Source: Sphingomonadales bacterium CG_4_10_14_3_um_filter_58_15
Lineage (GTDB): Bacteria > Pseudomonadota > Alphaproteobacteria > Sphingomonadales > Sphingomonadaceae
Direction: 5' to 3'
Length of the DNA: 60,235 nt
Assembly: GCA_002783865.1 (NCBI GenBank)
Contig: PFJE01000178.1
Location: forward strand, 1-60,235
Position 1 is the stretch's first letter; every line of letters begins with the position of its first letter. The notes under the pieces were generated by a model. The model worked only from the letters and a program-made list of their open reading frames with translations, had not been told where the DNA came from and did no database searches. This document shows, piece by piece, positions 9,917-20,842 of the stretch. Made by a program: the position numbers and the translations under genes.

Positions 9917-11224
9917 ATGCGTCATATTGCGATCATAGGATCTGGACCTGCAGGCTATTATTCGGCGGAAGCGGCGCAGAAGAAATTCGGCGAAGATGTC
10001 GCGGTCGACATCATCGATCGTCTGCCGGTTCCCTTTGGCTTGATCCGCAGTGGCGTGGCTCCCGATCATCAATCGATCAAGGCGGTTTCGCGCCGATACG
10101 AGAAAACCAATCTGGGCGACAATGTCCGTTTCATCGGCAATGTGACCGTTGGCCAAGATGTGAGCGTCGCCGAGCTGCAAGAACTGTATGACGCGGTGGT
10201 GCTGGCCACCGGGGCTCCGCTCGACCGGGTACTGGATATTCCCGGCAGCGATCTGTCTGGTGTCGTGGGCAGCGCCGCTTTTGTCGGATGGTATAACGGC
10301 CATCCGGATTTCAGGGATCTGAAACCCCCGCTTGATGCCAAATCCGTGGCGATCATTGGCAACGGCAATGTGGCGCTCGACGTCGCACGGATCCTGGCGA
10401 AGACCGAAAACGAGCTGGTCGGCAGCGATATTGTCGGTCATGCACTGGATGGCCTGCGGCAAAGCAAAGTGGAGAAAATCACCTTTCTGGGACGGCGCGG
10501 ACCGCATCAGATCGCTATGACTCCCAAGGAACTCGGTGAGCTGGGGCAACTGGAGCGGGCACGGCCCGTTGTTGAAGCGGATGATTTTCCGGAACCGGGA
10601 GATGATGCCATGCTGGAGCCGGGCATGCGCAAATCGGTCACCCATTTGCGCAATTTTCAGATTGCGGCAGCGGACGAGCAGCATAAACCGATCGAGATTG
10701 TTTTCGATTTTTTTGCGATGCCGGTCGAGTTGCAGGGCGATGGCAAGGTCGAGCGGCTGATCGTGGAAAAAACCGAACTGGACAAGGACCTGCGATCCAT
10801 CGGCACAGGGGAGCGCTACCAGCTGGACTGTCAGCTGGTTATCAGCTGCATCGGCTATCGCACCCCGCCGATCGAGGGCGTGCCCTATGAACATGGTCGC
10901 GGCCGCTTTGCCAATAGCGACGGACGGATCTTGCCCGGTCTCTATTGCGTCGGCTGGGCGAAGCGCGGGCCATCAGGAACCATTGGCACCAACAAGCCAG
11001 ACGGCTTTGCGGTGGCCGAGATGATTGACGAGGATATCGGCGCGAGCAGTCGCAAGCTTGGGCGACCGGGCCTCGACGCCATCCTTGCCGGGCGCGGCGT
11101 CGATGCGACCACTTTTCGCGATTGGCAGAAAATCGACGAAGCAGAAATTGGCCGGGCCAGAGAAGGCTCGCCGCGCGAGAAATTTACCGATATCGCCGAT
11201 ATGATTGCGGCGCGGAAAACCTAG
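9917..11224 (+). CDS. Ferredoxin-NADP+ reductase (adrenodoxin reductase/FprA-like)
   Basis: IIGSGPAG, FGLIRSGVAPDH, IGNGNVALDVAR and GWAKRGPSGTIGTN motifs. Confidence 0.9.
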   Translation: MRHIAIIGSGPAGYYSAEAAQKKFGEDVAVDIIDRLPVPFGLIRSGVAPDHQSIKAVSRRYEKTNLGDNVRFIGNVTVGQDVSVAELQELYDAVVLATGAPLDRVLDIPGSDLSGVVGSAAFVGWYNGHPDFRDLKPPLDAKSVAIIGNGNVALDVARILAKTENELVGSDIVGHALDGLRQSKVEKITFLGRRGPHQIAMTPKELGELGQLERARPVVEADDFPEPGDDAMLEPGMRKSVTHLRNFQIAAADEQHKPIEIVFDFFAMPVELQGDGKVERLIVEKTELDKDLRSIGTGERYQLDCQLVISCIGYRTPPIEGVPYEHGRGRFANSDGRILPGLYCVGWAKRGPSGTIGTNKPDGFAVAEMIDEDIGASSRKLGRPGLDAILAGRGVDATTFRDWQKIDEAEIGRAREGSPREKFTDIADMIAARKT

Positions 11225-12126
11225 GCCAACCACTCACGCAAAATCGCGTTGACCTTTTCTGGTGCTTCCTGTTGCACCCAGTGCGAGACAGCGGGCAGGC
11301 GGTGGAGTTCGAGATCGGGAACCCATTGCTGCGTACCGTCGGTGCAGCGGATATCGATGGCGGTGTCTTCCTCGCCCCAGATCATCAGGGTGGGAATGTG
11401 CACCATGCCATCGCCAATTCCGCGAGCGTCCGGAGTGTGCAAGAGCGCACGATAATAGTTGATCATCGATCGCAGCGCGTTCGGGCGGCTGGCAGCGTCG
11501 GCATAGATTTGCAGATCGGCCTCGGGGAAACGGCTCTTGTTGACCGCCATTTTGGAGAAAGCCCGCTTGATCGGTTCGGCACCGTTTCGGCCAAGCAACC
11601 ATTCGGGCAGCCAGGGCAACTGGAAGAAGAAAATATACCAGCTTTTGCGCAGCTGATACCAGTGTTTCATTTCCCGCTGGGCGCATTTGGGATGCGGGAC
11701 ATTCATGATCACCAGCCTAGTAAGCGGGCGGATTTTCAGGATCGCGAAATGCCAGGCGATGATCGCGCCCCAGTCATGCGCGATCAGGGTAACTTCCTCC
11801 GCGCCGCTGGCGTCGATCAGCGCCGCGACGTCTTGTACCAACATGTTCAGGCGATAGGAGTCCACACCCTCCGGCTTGCTGGAGCCGCCATAGCCGCGCA
11901 AATTCGGCGCCCAGACTTTATAGCCCATTTCGACAAGGTGCGGGATCTGGTGCCGCCACGAAAAATGCAGTTCGGGAAAGCCGTGCAGGCAGAGCGCCAG
12001 TTTCTTGCCTTCGCCTGCGGTCGCGACCTCGAATTTTTGGCCATTGGCTTCGACCCATTGCATCGTGATGCCGGTCGCTGGCGCGGGGTTCCATGAGTAT
12101 GAATTGTCCATATTCATTCCTAGCAT
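11221..12126 (-). CDS. Alpha/beta hydrolase, epoxide hydrolase-like
   Basis: LHGFPE, AHDWGA nucleophile elbow, SHWVQQE. Start codon uncertain. Confidence 0.88.
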   Translation of the reverse strand: MLGMNMDNSYSWNPAPATGITMQWVEANGQKFEVATAGEGKKLALCLHGFPELHFSWRHQIPHLVEMGYKVWAPNLRGYGGSSKPEGVDSYRLNMLVQDVAALIDASGAEEVTLIAHDWGAIIAWHFAILKIRPLTRLVIMNVPHPKCAQREMKHWYQLRKSWYIFFFQLPWLPEWLLGRNGAEPIKRAFSKMAVNKSRFPEADLQIYADAASRPNALRSMINYYRALLHTPDARGIGDGMVHIPTLMIWGEEDTAIDIRCTDGTQQWVPDLELHRLPAVSHWVQQEAPEKVNAILREWLA

Positions 12127-12189
12127 TAGCGGTCTTTAATCATCCAGTTAAATCTGTTACGATGGCATAAAATATAAAGGAGAGAGTCG

Positions 12190-13932
12190 ATGCATGATCT
12201 GGTAATTCGCGGTGGAACTGTGGTTGATGGAACGGGTGGCGCGCCTTTTCTGGCGGATGTTGCGATTGACGGCGACCGGGTGTCGCTGATCGGTACGGTC
12301 ACAGCCGAAGGCCGCGAAGAGATTGATGCAACCGGGAAATTTGTCACCCCGGGCTTTGTCGATGTGCACACCCATTATGACGGGCAGGCGACCTGGGATG
12401 ACGAAATGGCGCCGTCGAGCTGGCATGGTATAACCACGGTGGTGATGGGCAATTGCGGCGTGGGATTTGCACCGGCGCGGCCCGACCGGCACGAGTGGCT
12501 GATCAATCTGATGGAAGGCGTCGAGGATATCCCTGGCACGGCGCTGGCGGAAGGCATGAGCTGGAACTGGGAGACGTTCCCGGAATATCTCGATGAACTG
12601 GAAAGAATGCCGCGCACGGTCGACGTTGCGACCCATGTGCCGCATGGCGCGGTCCGTGCTTATGTGCTGGGTGACCGGGAAAAGCCCGGTGCGGTGCCGA
12701 CGCAGGATGAAATCGACCAGATGTCGAAAATTGTCGAGGACGGCCTGAAAGCCGGTGCGCTCGGTTTCTCGACCTCGCGCACGATCCTGCACCGCAGCAT
12801 CGATGGCGAGCTGGTCCCCGGCACCACCGCGACCAAGGAAGAGCTGATCGGCATTGGCCGCGCGATGGGCCGGGTCGGCTATGGGGTGTTCGAAATGGCG
12901 AGCGATCTCAACAAGGAATGGGACGAATTCGGCTGGATGGGCGATCTTTCCCGCGAGACCGGCATGCCGGTGACCTTTGCCGCGCTGCAGTCGATCGCCA
13001 AGGACCAGTCGCTGGACGAGCAGATCGCCAATATGCGCGCGGAAAATGACAATGGCGCCAATATCGTCGCGCAGATTGCCTTGCGCGGCAACGGTATTGT
13101 TATGGCCTGGCAGGGCACGGTGCATCCGTTCATTCGCCACCCGAGCTGGATGGCGATGGACGGGCTGAGCTGGGAGGAGAAATATGCCAGGTTGAAGGAT
13201 CCGGCGTTCAAGGCGCAATTGCTGAGCGAAACCAGCACGCCGCCCGAGCAGGTTGATATTATTCCGGTATTCATGGTGATCACCCAGGGCTGGCCGATGC
13301 AGTTCGAAATGGACGAAGATTTCGATTATGAGCCGCAAGCGGACGAGAGCATCGCTTCGCGGGCCGCGGCGGCAGGCAAATCAGGTGCGGAATATGCCTA
13401 TGACCTGATGATGGCGGATGACGGCAAGGGCTTTATCTATCTGCCCTTGCTCAACTATATGGATGGCAATCTCGATTTTCTCGAAACCCTGCAACAGGCC
13501 GACGATACGGTGAACAGCCTGTCCGATGGCGGCGCGCATTGCGGGACGATCTGTGATGCGGCGAGCCCTACCTTCATGCTGGAACATTGGGTGAAGAACC
13601 GCGAGCGCGGCACGATCAGCCTCGAACATGCGATCAAGCGGCAGTGTCTCGACACCGCGCGGCTCTATGGCCTGAACGACCGCGGGCTGCTCAAGCCCGG
13701 CTATCTCGCCGACGTCAATGTGATCGACTTGGACCGGATCAAGCTTGGCAAGCCGTGGCTGGCGTTTGATCTGCCGGCGGGCGGCAAGCGGTTGCTGCAA
13801 AAGGCCGACGGCTATGATTATACGATCAAGTCGGGGCAGGTGACCTTCAAGGGTGGTGTCGTGACCGACGCGCGGCCGGGTGGGCTGATCCGGGGCCCGC
13901 AAATGGTCGAGATGCTGGAGGCGGCGGAGTAG
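12190..13932 (+). CDS. Amidohydrolase (N-acyl-D-amino-acid deacylase family)
   Basis: [20 protein letters not shown] and SDGGAH motifs. Confidence 0.9.
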   Translation: MHDLVIRGGTVVDGTGGAPFLADVAIDGDRVSLIGTVTAEGREEIDATGKFVTPGFVDVHTHYDGQATWDDEMAPSSWHGITTVVMGNCGVGFAPARPDRHEWLINLMEGVEDIPGTALAEGMSWNWETFPEYLDELERMPRTVDVATHVPHGAVRAYVLGDREKPGAVPTQDEIDQMSKIVEDGLKAGALGFSTSRTILHRSIDGELVPGTTATKEELIGIGRAMGRVGYGVFEMASDLNKEWDEFGWMGDLSRETGMPVTFAALQSIAKDQSLDEQIANMRAENDNGANIVAQIALRGNGIVMAWQGTVHPFIRHPSWMAMDGLSWEEKYARLKDPAFKAQLLSETSTPPEQVDIIPVFMVITQGWPMQFEMDEDFDYEPQADESIASRAAAAGKSGAEYAYDLMMADDGKGFIYLPLLNYMDGNLDFLETLQQADDTVNSLSDGGAHCGTICDAASPTFMLEHWVKNRERGTISLEHAIKRQCLDTARLYGLNDRGLLKPGYLADVNVIDLDRIKLGKPWLAFDLPAGGKRLLQKADGYDYTIKSGQVTFKGGVVTDARPGGLIRGPQMVEMLEAAE

Positions 13933-13939
13933 GATCTGG

Positions 13940-14059
13940 GTCGCCCCAGCGCAGGCTGAGGTCCAATCCGGTGGGTGTTGAAACGCAAATTTCGGGCGTG
14001 CCGCGATTCCGCGAGATGATGAAGCATTGGTTTAGGCTCCAGCCTTCGCTGGAGTGACG
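13940..14059. repeat. REP doublet, family B (GTCRYxCCAGCGMAGGCTGG)
   Basis: GTCGCCCCAGCGCAGGCTGAGGTCC ... CATTGGTTTAGGCTCCAGCCTTCGCTGGAGTGACG; same architecture as the array units at 55128-55606. Confidence 0.8.
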
Positions 14060-14085
14060 GGGTCGGCTTTGGATGGGGCAGGGGG

Positions 14086-14155
14086 CGTTAGTGGTGAGCT
14101 TGTCGAACCACGCCTCTGGACGAGAGGTGTCCTTCGACAGGCTCAGGACGAACGG
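14086..14155. repeat. REP doublet, family C (CCGTTCG...GTCGA)
   Basis: CGTTAGTGGTGAGCTTGTCGAACCAC ... GTCCTTCGACAGGCTCAGGACGAACGG in inverted orientation. Confidence 0.75.
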
Positions 14156-14203
14156 AACTCCTTTTGCGTTTCTTGCTCCCCGCTCCCCTGAGGGGAAGTA
14201 CGC

Positions 14204-15319
14204 CTAGACCCGCATCGGCATCAGCACATAGAGCGCCGCCGACTTGTCATTTTCGCGGATCAGTGTCGGGGCGCTGGCATCGGCCAGGTGCAGTTCGACG
14301 GTGTCGCCTTCGATCTCGCCGAGAATATCCATCAGATATTTCGAGTTGAAACCGATTTCGAATGTTTCGTCCTTGTAGGAACCGGGTACTTCTTCCTCGG
14401 CCTTGCCATTTTCCGGCGAGGTGACCGACAGGGTGATCTTGTCGACGCCGAGCGCCATCTTGACGGCGCGGGTTTTTTCGGTGGCGATGGTTGAGACGCG
14501 GTCGACGCCCTGGGCAAAGCTTTTCGGATCAATCTTGAGCAGCTTGTCATTGCCGGTCGGAATCACGCGGGTGTAATCGGGGAAGGTGCCGTCGATCAAC
14601 TTGCTGGTCAGGATCGCGGTGCCGAGCGTGAAGCGGATCTTGCTGGCGGACAGGTCGATCTGAACCGAGGATTCGCTATTCTCGTCGAGCAATTTGCGCA
14701 GTTCGCTGACGCATTTGCGCGGGACGATCACGTCGGGCATGCCTTCTGCACCAGCCGGACGGGGCAAGGTGACGCGCGCGAGACGGTGGCCGTCGGTGGC
14801 GGCGGCCTTGAGCACCGGGGTTTCCTCATCCTGCACGTGCAGGAAAATGCCATTGAGATAATAGCGGGTTTCCTCGGTCGAGATCGCAAAGCGGGTCTTG
14901 TCGATAATCTGGATCAGCGAGGTGGCCGGCAATTCGAAACTGGTCGGCAGTTCGCCCTCGGCGATCACCGGAAAATCATCGCGCGGAAGGGTCTGCAGAT
15001 TGAAGCGGGCGCGTCCGGCGTTGACCTTCATCTTGCCGTCTGCGGCGTCTAGCTGGACCTGCGAGCCGTCGGGCAATTTGCGGGCGATGTCGAACAATGT
15101 GTGTGCCGACACGGTGGTGGAACCTGCGGTCTCGACCTGCGCCTGAACGGTCTCAACCACCTGCAGGTCAAGATCGGTCGCCATCAGCTTGATACTGCCG
15201 TCGGCGCTGGCCTCGATCAGCACGTTGGAGAGGATCGGAATAGTATTGCGCCGCTCAACCACGGACTGGACATGGCCCAGGCTCTTTAGCAATGCCGCGC
15301 GTTCAATGGTCGCTTTCAT
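14204..15319 (-). CDS. dnaN: DNA polymerase III beta sliding clamp
   Basis: RNTIPILSNVL, ETRYYLNG, ATDGHRL and C-terminal VLMPMRV. Confidence 0.98.
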   Translation of the reverse strand: MKATIERAALLKSLGHVQSVVERRNTIPILSNVLIEASADGSIKLMATDLDLQVVETVQAQVETAGSTTVSAHTLFDIARKLPDGSQVQLDAADGKMKVNAGRARFNLQTLPRDDFPVIAEGELPTSFELPATSLIQIIDKTRFAISTEETRYYLNGIFLHVQDEETPVLKAAATDGHRLARVTLPRPAGAEGMPDVIVPRKCVSELRKLLDENSESSVQIDLSASKIRFTLGTAILTSKLIDGTFPDYTRVIPTGNDKLLKIDPKSFAQGVDRVSTIATEKTRAVKMALGVDKITLSVTSPENGKAEEEVPGSYKDETFEIGFNSKYLMDILGEIEGDTVELHLADASAPTLIRENDKSAALYVLMPMRV

Positions 15320-15549
15320 ACACCGTCCTTCTTGTTCCCAGTCGCCCGTGAAAATAGATGTGCGGAAGCACTCCGCACAGGTTCACGGATAGTCCATGGC
15401 TTCATTAACAATAAAGTGCCGCAGGGCAAGCCCGATCGCCGCCCACTGTCCGATAATGCCGTGAAAAACTGTGGAAAAAAGCGTGCAGGCAGCTAAAGCC
15501 GCAGGGGCAGGGGGTGGATTTGGCCATTTCGGGACAGAATAGGGTTAAT

Positions 15550-16194
15550 ATGAGCGGCATCGATACCAACGGAAAACGCCTTTTTATTGCCCGGCATGGC
15601 GAAACGATTTTCAATCTGGCTGGCCGAATTCAGGGCGACCATGTCCATACACCGCTGACCCGCACCGGATTTGCCCAGGCCGATGAAATGGGCCGGGCGC
15701 TGGCGCGGCATCTGGCGACAGAGCAGCCAGTGCTGGATCTGATTGCTTCCGACACCGACCGGGCGTTGCAGACATTATCAGTGATTGCCGAGCATGTCGG
15801 CGCGGACTGGCATCAGGCGCACAGCGATCCGCGGCTGCGCGAAATCGACATGGGCGAATGGGGCGGCGCCTGGTATCGCGATCTGGCCGGCAAGCTGGAA
15901 ATCGATGAAACGGAGCGACTTTTTGTCACTGTGGCTCCCGGTGGCGAAGACTATCGCGCGATTGCCAAGCGGCTCGAGCATTGGCTGGCGGATCAGGAAT
16001 TTGCCCGCGACGCAGTGTTGATCAGCCATGGCATGACCAGCCGTGTTCTGCGCGGCCTGTTGACCGGCCTTGAGCCGCATCCACGCTTTGCGGCGCCGAT
16101 CGCGGAAGGCTTGCCGCAGGGCTCCTTTGTCCAGATCCGTGACGGCGTGGAGGAAATCATTCATATCGGTGGAGGGGAAGGGGAGAAAGCTTGA
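15550..16194 (+). CDS. Histidine phosphatase family protein
   Basis: RHGET, LREIDMGEWG and SHG motifs. Confidence 0.9.
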   Translation: MSGIDTNGKRLFIARHGETIFNLAGRIQGDHVHTPLTRTGFAQADEMGRALARHLATEQPVLDLIASDTDRALQTLSVIAEHVGADWHQAHSDPRLREIDMGEWGGAWYRDLAGKLEIDETERLFVTVAPGGEDYRAIAKRLEHWLADQEFARDAVLISHGMTSRVLRGLLTGLEPHPRFAAPIAEGLPQGSFVQIRDGVEEIIHIGGGEGEKA

Positions 16195-16685
16195 AAAAGC
16201 CGCTCATTCTCTTGGGACTGGCAGCGTCGATGATCTCGGTTCCGGCGATCGCGAAGGATTCTCTTGGCATATTCAACAGCTGGGGCGCGTTTCGTGATGC
16301 GGACATTCCGCGCTGCTATGCGATTGCGGAATCTGAGGAAATTACCGGCAAGGCTGAGCGCAAGTCTTTTGCGACCGTCGGTTTCTGGCCCAAACGTGCC
16401 ATCCGGCGGCAATTTCATGTGCGTTTGAGCCGCGACCGGTCGACCAATAGCCGGGTGGTGGTGAGTATCGCCGGTCGGCGGTTCCAGCTTACCGCCAGCC
16501 GCAAGGATGGCTGGTCGCAGGACAAACGCATGGATGCTGCCATCGTTGCCGCGATCCGTTCGGCCACCAGCATGACCGTGGAGAGCGTCGGCCGTGACGG
16601 CAAGCCGATTGTCGATGCCTACCGCTTGCGCGGCGCGGCGACGGCGATTGACGCGGCCTCGCTGGGATGTTCGCGGTTGCGGTAG
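16191..16685 (+). CDS. Exported protein, invasion-associated locus B (IalB)-like
   Basis: Signal peptide, WGAFRD...CYAIA, Y.L.G...AID..C; located upstream of rlmN. Confidence 0.65.
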   Translation: MKKPLILLGLAASMISVPAIAKDSLGIFNSWGAFRDADIPRCYAIAESEEITGKAERKSFATVGFWPKRAIRRQFHVRLSRDRSTNSRVVVSIAGRRFQLTASRKDGWSQDKRMDAAIVAAIRSATSMTVESVGRDGKPIVDAYRLRGAATAIDAASLGCSRLR

Positions 16686-16718
16686 ATTTTCCTGCAGACA
16701 GGGCTTATATGCCCCTCC

Positions 16719-17966
16719 ATGCAGATACCCGGCCATATTGATCCCGTTCCCTTGCCCGCCAAGGTCACCCCGCGTGCCGATGGCCGCGTCGATGTCATTG
16801 GTTTGAGTCCCATGCAGATTCGGGGGCTGATGAGCGACGCCGGGCTTGATGAAAAGCAGGCAAAACTGCGGTCAAAGCAGCTGTTCCACTGGATATACCA
16901 CCGCGGCGTCACCGATTTTGACCAGATGACCGATCTCGGCAAGACGCTGCGCCCCTGGCTGGCGGCGCGGTTTGTCGTCGGGCGGCCGGAGATCGTCGAA
17001 GCGCATCTGTCCGAGGATGGCACCCGCAAATGGCTGCTGCGCTCTGCCGACAGCCAGGATTATGAAATGGTCTTCATCCCCGATGAGGATCGCGGGACTT
17101 TGTGCATTTCCAGTCAGGTCGGATGCACGCTCAATTGCCGGTTCTGCCACACCGGCACGATGCGGTTGGTGCGCAACCTGACACCCGGCGAAATTGTCGG
17201 TCAGGTGATGCTGGCACGGGACGCACTGGGCGAATGGCCGAAAGGTGTGATGGACTTTGTCGATGACGAAGAAGCCGAAAATACCAAGGAATATAATCAG
17301 GCCTACAAGTCTGACGGACGGCTGCTGACCAATATCGTGCTGATGGGTATGGGCGAGCCGCTGTATAATTTCGAGAATGTCCGCGACGCGATGAAGATCG
17401 TGATGGATGGTGACGGGCTGGCGCTTTCGCGCCGCCGGATAACGCTGTCGACCAGCGGTGTGGTGCCGATGATTGCGCGGGCTGGTGCGGAGATTAACGT
17501 CAATCTCGCAATTTCGCTGCACGCGGTGAACAAGGAAACGCGCGACGAAATCGTCCCCCTCAACCGCAAATATTCGATCGAGGAACTGCTCCAGGCCTGT
17601 GCAGACTATCCCGGTGCAAACAACGCCCGGCGGATCACCTTTGAATATGTGATGCTGAAGGACAAGAATGACAGCGATCAGGATGCCCGCGAGTTGGTCA
17701 ATCTTTTGCGCAATTATGATTTGCCGGCCAAGGTCAATCTGATCCCGTTCAATCCCTGGCCCGGTTCGGACTATGAATGTTCAAGCCCCGAGCGGATCAA
17801 GGCGTTCTCCAAGATCATTTTCGATGCCGGAATCAGCGCACCGATCCGGACTCCGAGAGGCCGGGATATCATGGCAGCGTGCGGCCAATTGAAATCGGCG
17901 AGCGAAAAGAAAAGCCGGGCGGAACTGGACCGTCTGGCCGAAGAGAAGCAGGCGGCGCTGGGCTAG
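16719..17966 (+). CDS. rlmN: 23S rRNA m2A2503 methyltransferase (radical SAM)
   Basis: [22 protein letters not shown] and DIMAACGQL motifs. Confidence 0.97.
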   Translation: MQIPGHIDPVPLPAKVTPRADGRVDVIGLSPMQIRGLMSDAGLDEKQAKLRSKQLFHWIYHRGVTDFDQMTDLGKTLRPWLAARFVVGRPEIVEAHLSEDGTRKWLLRSADSQDYEMVFIPDEDRGTLCISSQVGCTLNCRFCHTGTMRLVRNLTPGEIVGQVMLARDALGEWPKGVMDFVDDEEAENTKEYNQAYKSDGRLLTNIVLMGMGEPLYNFENVRDAMKIVMDGDGLALSRRRITLSTSGVVPMIARAGAEINVNLAISLHAVNKETRDEIVPLNRKYSIEELLQACADYPGANNARRITFEYVMLKDKNDSDQDARELVNLLRNYDLPAKVNLIPFNPWPGSDYECSSPERIKAFSKIIFDAGISAPIRTPRGRDIMAACGQLKSASEKKSRAELDRLAEEKQAALG

Positions 17967-18352
17967 GCGACCGCTATCACGTCAATCTCGACCATCAGAT
18001 CTGGCAAGGCGAGGGCACGGACCTCGACAATCGTGTCGGCTGGAAAGGGATGCTCAAAATAGACTTTGCGTGCCTGAACGATCTTCGGGAAATTTGCCAT
18101 ATCGGTCAGGTAGATCGTGACCTTGATAATCTGGTCCCGGCTGCTGCCCGCGGCATGCAGCAGACGATCGATATTGTGAAACACCTGTTGCAATTGGGCG
18201 TCGAAATCACCGACGCCGACCACTTCACCCTGTTCGCTGATCGCCGCCTGGCCGGAAAAGAACAGCATGTGTCCAACCTGCCATCCGGGAGATATCGCAT
18301 AGGGGGCTACCGGGTCGGGATTGAGCTTGATGACTTGTCTATGCGTGCTCAT
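17963..18352 (-). CDS. RidA/YjgF family protein
   Basis: [13 protein letters not shown] and VEIDVIA motifs. Confidence 0.88.
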   Translation of the reverse strand: MSTHRQVIKLNPDPVAPYAISPGWQVGHMLFFSGQAAISEQGEVVGVGDFDAQLQQVFHNIDRLLHAAGSSRDQIIKVTIYLTDMANFPKIVQARKVYFEHPFPADTIVEVRALALPDLMVEIDVIAVA

Positions 18353-18414
18353 AATCGTGTCTCCATCAATGCGTGCATTCGTATTGTGGAGAAAACCGGG
18401 CCTGTTTTAAAGCC

Positions 18415-18445
18415 AAAAAAAAAGGGCGGGTATCGCTACCCGCCC
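18415..18445 (-). terminator. Intrinsic terminator of the outer-membrane protein gene
   Basis: Perfect stem GGGCGGGTA-TCGC-TACCCGCCC with an A9 tract to its left (U tract on the minus strand). Confidence 0.8.
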
Positions 18446-18471
18446 CGTCTTTTTCATTCAATCCGCTGGGA

Positions 18472-19011
18472 TTAGAATTTCACGCCAAGGCTAACAAGGC
18501 CCTGGTTGCGGGAAACGCCAGCTTCGTAGTTGCTATAGCGATATTCGCCGCGAGCGAACATCTTGTCGCTCAGCTTGTACTCGACGCCGGCACCAACGCG
18601 AACACCGTCGGCATTGTCACCACCGGTTCCGGGGTAGGAAACGCGTGCGTTGGTATAGCCCGCTTTCGCATAGAGGAGAGCGGAATCGCCAACGACGACA
18701 CCCAGGCGTCCGCCCGCGTAGAGATCGCGACCGGCTTCAATCCGGCCGAAGGTGTTGGAAATCTTTCCCGTGGACTCGGTTGCTTCCACTTCGGCGCCAT
18801 AGACGACGTTTCCTGCCTGAATGTCATAGCCAAGAGTGCCGCCATACAGGAAGCCTTCGACGTTATCGACACCGGGTGTGTCGAGATCAATATTGTCATA
18901 GCCAGCGATCGCGGTGGCTTTTACTCCGGAAAAATCACTATTCGTCTGTGCCAGTACGGGGGACGCAAGCGCAGATACTGCAATAGCAGCTGCTATTGTT
19001 ACATTTTTCAT
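18472..19011 (-). CDS. Outer-membrane beta-barrel protein (porin family)
   Basis: Signal peptide, GYD, YAKAGY, GAGVEY and terminal Phe. Confidence 0.88.
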   Translation of the reverse strand: MKNVTIAAAIAVSALASPVLAQTNSDFSGVKATAIAGYDNIDLDTPGVDNVEGFLYGGTLGYDIQAGNVVYGAEVEATESTGKISNTFGRIEAGRDLYAGGRLGVVVGDSALLYAKAGYTNARVSYPGTGGDNADGVRVGAGVEYKLSDKMFARGEYRYSNYEAGVSRNQGLVSLGVKF

Positions 19012-19239
19012 TATACTATGTTCCTTGAATTTACGACCAAACGACCGCTACGCTTTATATACGTCTTTTATTCTTTCGCGGTCAGACATGGATATAAGTT
19101 TTCAAACCTGAATGGCAACTGCACGACCGCATTAAAATTGTAACAAAGCCAATTCGAGTGAGCCGTGTTGCGAATATGCCACCGCTGGCAAATGTAACTA
19201 CAGGCTTGGCAACGTCGAACCAGAAGCTAGAGTGCAACC

Positions 19240-20052
19240 ATGCCAAAGGACGTCCTTATCTCCAAACACCCCCGTCATCGTCTCGCCACCCGTCTTTGGC
19301 ATGGGATCAATGCGCTGTGCCTACTGGTATTGCTGATGAGCGGCCTGACCATCTTCAACGCCCATCCCCGGCTCTATTGGGGTGAATATGGTGCCAATGA
19401 CGACTATGCCTGGATGGCAATCGGATCGTCGGGCCGTAGCGGCTATCTCCGCCTCGGTGACACCCGCATTGAGACCACCGGGTTTCTCGGAAACTGGCAG
19501 GATAGCGAAGGACGGACCCGGACATGGGCCTTTCCGGGCTGGGCGACCATTCCGTCCAGCTACAGTCTCGCCGACGGTCGGCGCTGGCACTTTTTCTTTG
19601 CGTGGATATTTGCCATTGGTCTGACGCTGTTCATGATCCGGTCGCTCTGGAACAGGCATATCCAGAAAGATTTGAACATGCGCAAGGATGAGTGGCGACC
19701 ATCCCACATCTGGCGGTCGCTCCGCGATCACACCAGGATTTCGGTGATCCGCCAATCGTGGTCGGAGGACTATAATGTCATCCAGAAACTGACCTATATC
19801 GGCGTCATTTTCATCCTGTTGCCGTTGATGATATTTACAGGTCTCGCGATGTCACCAGCGATGGACGCCAATTGGCCGTTGCTGACCGATCTGTTCGGGG
19901 GTCGCCAGTCTGCCCGGTCGGTGCATTTTCTCACCGCCGCGCTTTTGGTGCTGTTTTTCCTGATCCACATGGTGATGGTGCTGCTCTCCGGGCCGGTTCG
20001 ACAAGTCAAGGCCATGATACTGGGCGGTGCGCGAAAGGAGCCATCGACATGA
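19240..20052 (+). CDS. Cytochrome b/b6-domain membrane protein
   Basis: RLWHGIN...MSGL, RRWHFFFAW, YNVIQKLTY and RSVHF heme-ligand motifs. Confidence 0.85.
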   Translation: MPKDVLISKHPRHRLATRLWHGINALCLLVLLMSGLTIFNAHPRLYWGEYGANDDYAWMAIGSSGRSGYLRLGDTRIETTGFLGNWQDSEGRTRTWAFPGWATIPSSYSLADGRRWHFFFAWIFAIGLTLFMIRSLWNRHIQKDLNMRKDEWRPSHIWRSLRDHTRISVIRQSWSEDYNVIQKLTYIGVIFILLPLMIFTGLAMSPAMDANWPLLTDLFGGRQSARSVHFLTAALLVLFFLIHMVMVLLSGPVRQVKAMILGGARKEPST

Positions 20053-20807
20053 CCATCATTTCCAGACGAAAGCTGATCACCAGCGCAGCGATCGGAGCTG
20101 GCGGTCTGCTGAGCGGCTGCGATGCCCTTAATCGAAACCCGGCCTTTCAGGACATGCTGTCGAGCGCGGAAACCGCCAATTTTACGGTTCAGCGTGCGCT
20201 GGGCAACAGGATGCAACTGGCCAGCGAATATAGCAGCGCAGACCTGTCTCCGGTCTTTCGGGCGAACGGGACGCGCGACCCAGCCACGCCGGCCTATGCC
20301 GCGAGCGCGGCGCAAGGGTTCGCCGACTGGCAGCTGCGGCTGACTGGCTTATTCGAGAAGCCGCAGATGTTCAGCATGGCTGCGCTCCAGTCGCTGCCGC
20401 AGCGCACCCAGATCACGCGACATGATTGCGTCGAGGGGTGGAGCGCGATCGGACAATGGACCGGCGTGCCACTGAAAATTTTCCTCGATATCGCGCGCCT
20501 GCAGGACAGCGCCCGGTTTCTGGTCTTTCATTGTGCCGACCGATTGGGCGGGCGGCCCTATTATGAAAGCATCGATCTGGTGGACGGCTTTCATCCGCAG
20601 ACGATATTGGCCCACCGCTTGAACGGCGAGCCCTTGCCAGTGGCAAATGGCGCGCCGCTGCGGCTCAGAGTGGAGCGCCAACTGGGCTATAAGCAGGCGA
20701 AATATATCACCGGAATACAAGCGGTTGCCTCACTAGACGGAATCGGTGAAGGCAAGGGTGGCTATTGGCAGGACGTCGCCAATTATGAATGGTATGCGGG
20801 CATTTGA
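20049..20807 (+). CDS. Tat-exported molybdopterin oxidoreductase (sulfite oxidase/MsrP-like)
   Basis: SRRKLI Tat motif, HDCVEGWS, GAPLRL..ERQLGYKQAKY; ATGA overlap with the cytochrome b gene. Confidence 0.87.
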   Translation: MTIISRRKLITSAAIGAGGLLSGCDALNRNPAFQDMLSSAETANFTVQRALGNRMQLASEYSSADLSPVFRANGTRDPATPAYAASAAQGFADWQLRLTGLFEKPQMFSMAALQSLPQRTQITRHDCVEGWSAIGQWTGVPLKIFLDIARLQDSARFLVFHCADRLGGRPYYESIDLVDGFHPQTILAHRLNGEPLPVANGAPLRLRVERQLGYKQAKYITGIQAVASLDGIGEGKGGYWQDVANYEWYAGI

Positions 20808-20842
20808 TGCAATTATAATGTGGTTTCATCGGGGGTGAATAA

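Noticed and set aside
15320-15549. Replication origin or DnaA-box cluster upstream of dnaN
   Set aside because: Only one near-match (TGTGGAAAA at 15470-15478); no dnaA gene and no AT-rich unwinding element.
17245-17320. Acidic insertion in RlmN as another REP insertion
   Set aside because: No palindrome and no match to any repeat family in the window; probably an ordinary lineage-specific loop.
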